Source: a virus (Duplodnaviria; Heunggongvirae; Uroviricota; Caudoviricetes). From it: 27,343 nucleotides of DNA. Numbering within the stretch: the first letter of the stretch is position 1; each line of letters starts with the position of its first letter. The notes under the pieces are model-generated. The model ran no database searches, was not told the DNA's origin, and saw only the letters and a program-made list of their open reading frames with translations. Location: the IMG/VR virus record IMGVR_UViG_2734482779_000006, positions 1-27,343 of that record; one strand, given 5' to 3'. Positions 10,013 through 16,944 of the stretch are shown piece after piece. The position numbers and the translations under genes were made by a program.

Positions 10013-11170
10013 CTATGATACATTCCCATCAAGCCAGTCCGCCCACCATTGCATCATTTCTCTGCGCTTATCCAGATACTGAGCATGGTTGTAAATCCCG
10101 CGTACAGATCCGCCGTTGGCATGTGCCAGTTGCACTTCAATAGCATCAGCAGGCCATTCGTGCTCGTTCATAATTGTGCTGAATTCATGCCTGAATCCGT
10201 GACCGCTTTCCAGACCTTCATAGCCGATTTGTTTGATCACAAGCAATACCGCGTTCTCGCAGATTGGCTTCTTCTTATCGTTGCGACCGGCAAAAACAAA
10301 CTCTGATACTGGTTTAGTGATTGAGCTTAGCGTAGTGAGAAGTTCAATCACCTGGTCTGACATAGGAACCACATGAATTTTGCGTCCTTTCATCACACTG
10401 GCGTCGATGGTGATAATCCTGTTTTCAAAATCGACGTTCTTCCATTGCATGGAACGAAGCTCTTTAGTTCTTAGGGCTGTATAGCGTAAAACCTTGGTGG
10501 CAATGAGCGATACGATACTTCCTGAAAATGTTGCCAGTGCTTTGTTGAATGCCGGGATCTGGTCTGCAGGAAGAAACGGGAAGTTCTTCTTGCGGTATCC
10601 CTTCATGGCGTCAGCAAGGTCAGGTGCCGGGTTATATTTAGCCCTTCCGGTGACAATAGCGTAACGGAAAACCTCGCCGCATCTTCTGCGTGCTTTGTTG
10701 GCTCGCTCCATTGCCCCGCGATCTTCAAATCTGCGGATTACTTCCAACAGTTGCATCGGCTCAATATCCTGAATTTCAAGGCCGCCGATGATGGGTAAAA
10801 TGTCGTCATCAAACATTTTTGCAAGTTCATTTGCATAGCCTACTGACCAGACTTGCTTCTTGTGCTCGTACCATTCCTTGTAAATGGCGCTAAAGGAGTT
10901 GTTGTTAGACGAAGCCTTTTTCGCCTTTACCGGATCGATGCCAACCGAGATGTCTTTCCTCGCGGTCCATGCTTTATCCCTTGCCTCCTGCAAAGTCATA
11001 AGCGGATATTTTCCGACGGTCAGGATTTTCTCCTTACCGTCAATCTTGTAGCGAAGCTGCCATACCTTTTTCCCGGATACAGGGACATAAAGGTACAGTC
11101 CATTACCATCGAGAAGGCGGTATGGTTTTTCTTTCGGCTTTGCTGCTTCAATCTGCTTAACGGTGAGCAT
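10013..11170 (-). CDS. intS: IntS-type tyrosine integrase (P4-like, argW-specific)
   Basis: 385 aa from MLTVKQIEAAKPKEKPYRLLDGNGLYLYV (integrase N-terminal arm-binding type); catalytic motifs GHGFRHEFST and LAHANGGSVRGIYNHAQY; the 16-bp argW-derived att core lies about 160 bp upstream. Confidence 0.9.
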   Translation of the reverse strand: MLTVKQIEAAKPKEKPYRLLDGNGLYLYVPVSGKKVWQLRYKIDGKEKILTVGKYPLMTLQEARDKAWTARKDISVGIDPVKAKKASSNNNSFSAIYKEWYEHKKQVWSVGYANELAKMFDDDILPIIGGLEIQDIEPMQLLEVIRRFEDRGAMERANKARRRCGEVFRYAIVTGRAKYNPAPDLADAMKGYRKKNFPFLPADQIPAFNKALATFSGSIVSLIATKVLRYTALRTKELRSMQWKNVDFENRIITIDASVMKGRKIHVVPMSDQVIELLTTLSSITKPVSEFVFAGRNDKKKPICENAVLLVIKQIGYEGLESGHGFRHEFSTIMNEHEWPADAIEVQLAHANGGSVRGIYNHAQYLDKRREMMQWWADWLDGNVS

Positions 11171-11330
11171 GGGTAAAAATCCGGTGGGTAAAATTATTTT
11201 ATCCACTTTTTACCCGTCATGTAGTGCGGCTGTCAACGATCTGACGCGAACCATGACGAACTGTAAATCTACGGAAGGCTTGATATTCAGGGGATTTTGC
11301 GGACTGGTACGGATGGGAGCGAACTGATAA

Positions 11331-11346
11331 ATGGTGTCCCCTGCAG
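11331..11346. repeat. att core direct repeat ATGGTGTCCCCTGCAG, identical to the argW 3' end at 23971-23986
   Basis: Exact 16-bp match to the tRNA acceptor/T-arm 3' end; positioned upstream of the intS start in the same way that argW sits upstream of the second integrase. Confidence 0.65.
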
Positions 11347-11568
11347 AAATCATCTTAATTATTATCGTATTGATTTATATGTTATTTATTTTGGCTGTCT
11401 TGTTTTTGTACCCGTTTTGTACCCGTTTTATTCTATTCCCAATTTAAACTTCGATTCTGAAAAGGTGAGTGGGGGAGGTTATCATTTTATGTATCATTGT
11501 TGTAGACACAGAATAATTACTCGCCTATCCTCACTGTATACACACCATAGATACAGGAGTTAACCCAC

Positions 11569-11817
11569 ATGCGCACACAGGTTGTATTGCAAAAATGGGG
11601 TAACAGCATTGCCCTTCGACTAACGGGAAACCTTAAAACCGTTCCGGGTTTTTCAGTGGGTGATATCGTCAACGTTGAAATTAGTGAAAAAGGGCTTTTT
11701 GTAGAAAAGCCTGCACGCCGTCGCCTGAGTGAAGCCGAACTACTCGCCGGGATAACGCCAGTTACAGCGCACGCTGACGAAATTGCCACCCCATTCAATG
11801 AGGAGGTTGATTACTGA
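11569..11817 (+). CDS. MazE/ChpS-family antitoxin (AbrB/SpoVT fold)
   Basis: 82 aa; KWGNSIALRL motif and acidic C-terminus typical of MazE/ChpBI; stop overlaps the toxin start. Confidence 0.8.
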   Translation: MRTQVVLQKWGNSIALRLTGNLKTVPGFSVGDIVNVEISEKGLFVEKPARRRLSEAELLAGITPVTAHADEIATPFNEEVDY

Positions 11818-12161
11818 TGTTTGTACCTAAGCGTGGTGATATTTGCTGGCTGGATTTTGAGCCGCAGAAAGGAAAAGAGATCGGAAAGTATCGCCCGGCA
11901 CTCATACTGTCCCATGAGCAATATAACCGACTCACCGGGTTTGTCATATGCTGCCCCATAAGTACGAGCATACGAAATGCTCCCACAGAAGTTCCGGTAA
12001 CAAATCTGGACGCCCCCAGCGTGGTAGCAACCACACTCATTCAAACCCTTGACTGGCGTCAGCGGAAAGCGCGCTTAATCACAGAGGCAGAAGATGGGGT
12101 ATTTAATGATGTGCTTGAAAGAGTCATTACTCTGATTGGTGGAGAGCATCTGCTTAAGTAA
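11817..12161 (+). CDS. MazF/PemK-family endoribonuclease toxin
   Basis: 114 aa; PKRGDICWLDFEPQKGKEIGKYRPALIL matches the MazF/ChpBK N-terminal signature; start overlaps the antitoxin stop by 1 nt. Confidence 0.85.
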   Translation: MFVPKRGDICWLDFEPQKGKEIGKYRPALILSHEQYNRLTGFVICCPISTSIRNAPTEVPVTNLDAPSVVATTLIQTLDWRQRKARLITEAEDGVFNDVLERVITLIGGEHLLK

Positions 12162-12204
12162 AAGGAGGGCTGAGAAGCCCTCAACGTTACCGGAAATTTC
12201 CTTG

Positions 12205-13476
12205 CTATTCTTTCCAGTCAATCCCATCCAGTAAGCACCCTGCCTCATATTGCCCCACCACCCAGTCAAGGTTACAGGACTCATAGAACGAGAGGCGATT
12301 ATACTGAGGCTCGTTTTTTACCAGGCCACGAACGGAACCACGCTGCCAGTACAGACACAGATTGGCAAGAGGTGTGATCAATACAGCATTGTCCGGGAAA
12401 AATGGAACGGTTACAGCCGGGAGATTCCCCAGAACGGGATTTTTAATGATTTCCTCGTTAAGCAAAATTTCCTGATTCATCTGCGATGGATCAAGACGGT
12501 TTATCAAAGGCCATTGTTTACGGACCAGCGTATTGTGACTGCATACGGCCACAATGCCTTCCTGCCACTGTTCATCAATCATGGATTGCCAGGCATCCAG
12601 AACGAGCGCATCTATCGTATGGTGTGTACCGCGTGTATTACTTTTCGGTGATGAAACAGAAAGGCCGCTGATAACCCTTCCCGCCGCTTCATTTCGAAAC
12701 TTCTGCAACCAGCCCACGCCACAATCGTCACGCCCCGGATATGTTTTAGGGTCAGATTTGGCGGCATAATGTGTGCCGTTAAAACCAATCTGAATTAAAT
12801 CCAGCCATTTCCGGCGTTCAAAAGCGGCCCGCGCACTTCCTTCAAGGCCGTTTGCGGATGCGTGAGCATCGGCATTGTCGTAGTTCAACGCAAAATCAAA
12901 ATTAACCTGCTCGCAGCGGTAGCCCCTTGAAACCAGTGAATGCGCCTGTAGTGGCGAACGGCGCTCGTGAGGTGGCGATGTACGTGCCAACGACCCCGAA
13001 GCGTCTACCAGCACAACCCGACCTGATATATCCGTAACAGGCACGGGAGTTATTTCAGCAAGGAAATTTGCCTGCCATCCACTGGCAAGCGTTGCACTCT
13101 GGCGAGGAACGGGTTCAACTTCTGACGAATAGCGCGCAGTGTCACCGGAAAAGTGCAAATCCTTCGGATGCTTTCCGGTTATCGACTCGATAGCGCAATT
13201 GAAAACCATCTGAGACTGTTGATTTCGTTGTGATACAACAGAATCAGCAGTGCAATTATAACGCTCAATGCCGTCGTTATTACCCCCACCGCTTGCAGTA
13301 TGCAGGGTGTGAAGCTCAAGCTCACGCTCCAGTTTTTGATATTCATTGTCCAGCGCGCGACGCGTCTCATCGCTTATGCTTGCTGTGTTTGCTTTCAGGC
13401 GATTCCGGGACATTAATCCCCTGAGTCGGCTCACTATATCAGCGCCGTGCAAATGTGGAGTATTCAGACCGCCCAT
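12205..13476 (-). CDS. candidate P2-family major capsid protein (gpN-like)
   Basis: 423 aa from the ATG overlapping the upstream stop (TAATG at 13474-13478); segments NFDF...GFNG...GWLQKFRNEA...GNLPAVTVPFFPDNAVLITPLANL...NYxSxNLDWVVGQYEAGCL resemble my recollection of P2-family capsid proteins; sits in a late-type operon downstream of an Ogr/Delta gene; needs confirmation. Confidence 0.45.
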   Translation of the reverse strand: MGGLNTPHLHGADIVSRLRGLMSRNRLKANTASISDETRRALDNEYQKLERELELHTLHTASGGGNNDGIERYNCTADSVVSQRNQQSQMVFNCAIESITGKHPKDLHFSGDTARYSSEVEPVPRQSATLASGWQANFLAEITPVPVTDISGRVVLVDASGSLARTSPPHERRSPLQAHSLVSRGYRCEQVNFDFALNYDNADAHASANGLEGSARAAFERRKWLDLIQIGFNGTHYAAKSDPKTYPGRDDCGVGWLQKFRNEAAGRVISGLSVSSPKSNTRGTHHTIDALVLDAWQSMIDEQWQEGIVAVCSHNTLVRKQWPLINRLDPSQMNQEILLNEEIIKNPVLGNLPAVTVPFFPDNAVLITPLANLCLYWQRGSVRGLVKNEPQYNRLSFYESCNLDWVVGQYEAGCLLDGIDWKE

Positions 13477-14186
13477 TACTGCCACCCCCGGCAGAGTTCT
13501 CTGCCCTCCGCAAGGTCGCGCATTTTTTCTGGATTCTGTCGCGCCGCGCTCCATTGTACAGGTGAAGGGGCGCTCCTGATTGCGCAGCTTACTGAATCCG
13601 GGAGTTTCTCCGGGCAATAACGCAGCGGGCTGGAGGTGTCGCTTTCGGTATCGTTAATCCGGCCGCGAATCATCCCGACACTTTCAGCAGTATCTGCCGC
13701 TTTCAGTGTTTCGCATATTTTCTTTTCTGCGTTATACAGCGGCTGGCCAAGCAGCTCACATAAACCACGAATCAATAACAGAACAGGGGTCAGCTCGTTA
13801 ATCAGTTCGGGAAGTGCTTTTGCAAATATCTCTGCCCGCAACTTATTATCAATACTTTCGTAAGCACAACCAGCCTCTGCCGCGTTATAACGACACTCCA
13901 GTAGCCTGATGCGCGCCTCATCATGCAGCACCCGCAGACGCTCAAGATTTTCTCGCGCCACACCCGCCTGAATGGATAATTTCGCGGAGGCTTCCGTTTT
14001 TACTCCCAGCGCAGACAGGATTGAGTTCTGCCAGTCACGATCGAGAGACTCCAGTTCCCCTTTCGTCTGTTCGATAGTCGCTTCCAGATTGGTGACTAAT
14101 GATTCCTGTTCACTGAGCTTTGCCCTGGCTGTATCAAACTGTGCTTTACATACCTGATGTTCGGCGCTTGCCTGAGTTATATCCAT
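13476..14186 (-). CDS. coiled-coil protein, candidate capsid scaffolding or size-determination protein (gpO/Sid-like)
   Basis: 236 aa, strongly helical and heptad-like N-terminal half; translationally coupled to the capsid-like gene; size close to P4 Sid (244 aa as recalled). Confidence 0.4.
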   Translation of the reverse strand: MDITQASAEHQVCKAQFDTARAKLSEQESLVTNLEATIEQTKGELESLDRDWQNSILSALGVKTEASAKLSIQAGVARENLERLRVLHDEARIRLLECRYNAAEAGCAYESIDNKLRAEIFAKALPELINELTPVLLLIRGLCELLGQPLYNAEKKICETLKAADTAESVGMIRGRINDTESDTSSPLRYCPEKLPDSVSCAIRSAPSPVQWSAARQNPEKMRDLAEGRELCRGWQ

Positions 14187-14350
14187 TATTTGCTCCTGTA
14201 ATACATTTTTTACTTACGCCGATTTTTTCCATATTGCGTAATACATTCCAGCCGATTTTGTTCTCGTAATACGCTCACAATACTGTTGTATTACGCTTTC
14301 TTATATCGCGGGTGTTAAATCCCGACATAAACAATCAGGGAGGCAACACG

Positions 14351-14584
14351 ATGAAAAAACAAAAGAAAATGCGATGCGTATTACGCTGTATTCGTATTCC
14401 GCTCGAAATCGACCATAAAATAAATCAGATATGTAAGGACAGAGAGATGAACTACTCCCAGTGCGTCAGGATGTTTATCAGTCAGGGAATTAAGGCTGGG
14501 GAAAAGCATGAAGAAGACCGCAACGGGCGCAATGTCGCGGGGGATGTGTGGGCCTGGGCAAATGACCAGAACCACACGACATAA
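14351..14584 (+). CDS. small ribbon-helix-helix (CopG/Arc-like) DNA-binding protein
   Basis: 77 aa from ATG 14351 (GGGAGG RBS); RCIRIPLEIDHKINQICKDREMNYSQCVRMFISQG fits a beta-strand then helix-helix RHH pattern; divergent from the scaffold/capsid operon. Confidence 0.5.
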   Translation: MKKQKKMRCVLRCIRIPLEIDHKINQICKDREMNYSQCVRMFISQGIKAGEKHEEDRNGRNVAGDVWAWANDQNHTT

Positions 14585-14634
14585 TACAGAAATAACGCAG
14601 CCGGTCACACTCGCTGGCTGTGTTATACAAATCA

Positions 14635-14817
14635 CTATGAAGTTTTCGACTTCCTGCGCTTAGTGATGCGTACAAACGACTCAAGCGTACAAAAACAGGC
14701 CCCGCACTCAATATTATTGCACTGGTAATACGTTTTGTAGATGTTTTGTTCGTGTTCTTCCAACGAACGACCACGGGTGCGGGCTGAAGCGCCACAGGCC
14801 GGGCAAGGGAAAGACAT
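14635..14817 (-). CDS. Ogr/Delta-family zinc-finger late transcription activator
   Basis: CPACGASARTR...YYQCNNIECGACF is the C-x2-C...C-x4-C Ogr/Delta zinc finger; AGGAG RBS 6 nt upstream of ATG 14817. Confidence 0.8.
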   Translation of the reverse strand: MSFPCPACGASARTRGRSLEEHEQNIYKTYYQCNNIECGACFCTLESFVRITKRRKSKTS

Positions 14818-15387
14818 ATCACGCTCCTCTTACTGGTGTGAAATTTAACCTATTATATCTTCCGCCGCCTCCTCTGGCTGTATCAAATAAATCCGCAACG
14901 GTCGCTGCGTATTACGCGCAGGCACACCGTTCCCATACTCACTCCTCACATTCCCCGTATCAGTTCTCTCTTGCAGTAAGAACGGCTCTGGCTGGCGATA
15001 AAACTAACCCGGTCGGGCATTCCCACAGTCTTTAGCGAAAGATGTAATTTACCCCCTGAAACGCGGGCTGTTCCCCCGTCACCTGCGCGCGAAAAACTCA
15101 CCGTTTTTTGTGCACGCACGAAATCGCCCTCCGGGCGCGCCCGTACTGGGCCGGATGGGCAAAAAGTTACTCTAAAAAATTGTGCAAATTTGTGCACTTT
15201 TGTGCAAACGGGAAGAGGCTGTTTAAAGGCGGTTTTTTGCGTTTTTTTGGTAGCTGTAACGTGATGCGTATTACGTTTTTATTCGCTTCTATGTGAAGAG
15301 ATAACAATGATTTCATTCAATTTATTGTGTTGCACTTTTGTTGCTGGTCTTGCCAGTGTTTTTTTGCCTCTACCTCAAAATCCGGTA

Positions 15388-15690
15388 GGGGGTGCGCAAA
15401 CGGGTTACAAAGGTTACAGCCCCCTAAAACACATATTAACACCATGATTTTAAATGAAATTGTTTGTAACCTTTTTGAGGTTACAGAAGGTTACACGAGG
15501 TTACACCAATTAAAAACATATTAATTATCAATTAGTTATAAGCGTGCTCTGTAACCATGCGTAACCTCTGCATAAAGGTTACATGTAACCCTGTTGTAAC
15601 CCATTTTGTAACCTTTTAAAGGTGTTATAATATATTGATATATAATATATTTTTCTGTTTGTAACCTTTGTAACCCGTTTGCGCACCCCC
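15388..15690. repeat. 30-bp perfect inverted repeat (15388-15417 and 15661-15690) flanking an array of about 14 GGTTAC/GTAACC hexamer iterons
   Basis: Left arm GGGGGTGCGCAAACGGGTTACAAAGGTTAC is the exact reverse complement of the right arm; hexamers between the arms often fall at 10-11 bp phasing; AT-rich core TATAATATATTGATATATAATATA at about 15626-15650. Confidence 0.7.
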
Positions 15691-15940
15691 CCCCGGACTT
15701 TAGCGCGCGCCTTTAAAATGTTAATTAAACTAACTTACTATGTGTCACTCTCATTAACTTTCTGTGACTAAAATGTGTCTCGTCACTGTGGAACTCTTTC
15801 TGATAATCAGGGGGCAAAAAATTGATGGCGGCACCACTGCAATATGGCCACCATTGCATTGCTGTTACCGTTGGTTCTGGCCAACAAAAAAGGCCAGTGG
15901 AAAACTGACCTCTTTTGCTGTGAATGTAGTGTTCTGCGGG

Positions 15941-16942
15941 TTACTCTGCTGGCTCTTTTTCTTTGGCGATATTCGCATTAGCCACTGGATTAAACTTCAG
16001 GACATCAGACAAATAATCAGGCGCAAAATGTGCGTATATCATTGTTTGTTGAATATTTGCATGCCCTAAAACTCGCTGAAGAGCAATTATACTCCCTCCA
16101 TTCATCATAAAATGCGTAGCGAATGTATGCCGTAATACATGAACAGCTTGCCCCTTTGGCAGATCTGGCTTTACAGCGCGAAGCATTTTACGGTATTCAC
16201 CATAATCAACATCAAACAACCCCCCCGAATCTTTTGTTTTGATTTCGCGAACAACTTCATTTGAAATGGGAACAATGCGGACTTTACCGTTTTTGGTTTT
16301 GTTAAATATCACACGATTATCAATGATGTGTTCTGCTCGCAAGCTTTTTGCCTCTCCCCATCTGGCCCCCGTACTAAGGCACAGCAATGTAATTCGACGC
16401 GCATCACCATTAGAAAAATTCAACAAACGAATAATTTCTTCATGTGTCAGATATGTCATTTCTGAAATCTTTCGTTTCATAGCGGGAACAGAACGAACAG
16501 GATTTTTACTATGAAATTCTCCACTCTGGATCAACATGGTGAACATTCCAGCCAATTCCGCTTCATCTCGCTGAATTGTAGAAATTTTGACTCCTGCTCC
16601 CAATCTCTCGCTGCGATACATAGCCATAAACCGCGCATTTATTTGTTCTGCTCGCGGATCTCCCATTTCTTTAATTACTTTCTTTAGTCTTAATTTAACA
16701 TTGTCAGCGTATGGTTTGTTGCGTCCACCCAGTTTCCACCACAGCTCCAAGAGTTCAGAAATGCGCCTGTGATCAGCTGGCTTTTCAAGCCACTCTTTAT
16801 CATTCATATGGCTAAGAACATATCGCTCAAAAGCTAAGGCATCTGCTTTCTTTTTAAAAAGCCGCTGAATTCTGCGTCCATACCGCCCGTTTGGCCTGAT
16901 ATCTACCTTATAGGAGCCATCATCACGCTTTTTAACGGACAT
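15941..16942 (-). CDS. P2-type tyrosine integrase/recombinase
   Basis: 333 aa from ATG 16942 (AGGAGGG RBS 9 nt upstream, 3 nt after the primase stop); N-terminus MSVKKRDDGSYKVDIRPNGRYGRR is typical of P2-family integrases; catalytic HVLRHTFATHF and LGHANIQQTMIYAHF. Confidence 0.85.
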   Translation of the reverse strand: MSVKKRDDGSYKVDIRPNGRYGRRIQRLFKKKADALAFERYVLSHMNDKEWLEKPADHRRISELLELWWKLGGRNKPYADNVKLRLKKVIKEMGDPRAEQINARFMAMYRSERLGAGVKISTIQRDEAELAGMFTMLIQSGEFHSKNPVRSVPAMKRKISEMTYLTHEEIIRLLNFSNGDARRITLLCLSTGARWGEAKSLRAEHIIDNRVIFNKTKNGKVRIVPISNEVVREIKTKDSGGLFDVDYGEYRKMLRAVKPDLPKGQAVHVLRHTFATHFMMNGGSIIALQRVLGHANIQQTMIYAHFAPDYLSDVLKFNPVANANIAKEKEPAE

Positions 16943-16944
16943 AT

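Larger units (their letters stand above)
1..11346. mobile_element. P22-family (Sf6/HK620-like) prophage, int-proximal end; extends beyond window start
   Basis: Contiguous ejection genes, sieA-like, mnt-arc-ant, tailspike and intS, bounded on the right by the att core repeat at 11331-11346. Confidence 0.7.

Noticed and set aside
10049-11176. Plus-strand ORFs (85 and 107 aa) antisense to intS
   Set aside because: Embedded in the integrase coding sequence on the opposite strand with no independent signals.
11331-11346. Possible second tRNA gene at the left att repeat
   Set aside because: Only 16 bp of the tRNA 3' end are present and no cloverleaf can be built; it is an att duplication, not a gene.
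11297-11563. 88-aa plus-strand ORF spanning the att core and flanking AT-rich DNA
   Set aside because: Covers the attachment-site repeat and promoter-like sequence, has no RBS and an implausible Cys/Tyr-rich composition.
12250-12769. Plus-strand ORFs (133, 61, 71 aa) antisense to the capsid-like gene
   Set aside because: Fully embedded antisense to a longer, translationally coupled ORF.
14490-14822. 110-aa minus-strand ORF overlapping the Ogr/Delta gene in another frame
   Set aside because: The 60-aa frame carries a clear C-x2-C...C-x4-C Ogr/Delta zinc finger and a well-spaced RBS; the 110-aa frame is Pro/Ala/Arg-rich with no motif.
14838-15524. Short ORFs in the region between Ogr and the iteron array
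   Set aside because: The region is dense with operator-like repeats and homopolymer tracts and the ORFs lack RBSs; treated as non-coding regulatory DNA.
15388-15700. CRISPR array
   Set aside because: Repeat units are 6-bp hexamers in both orientations with irregular short spacing, not 25-40-bp direct repeats with unique spacers, and no cas genes are present.
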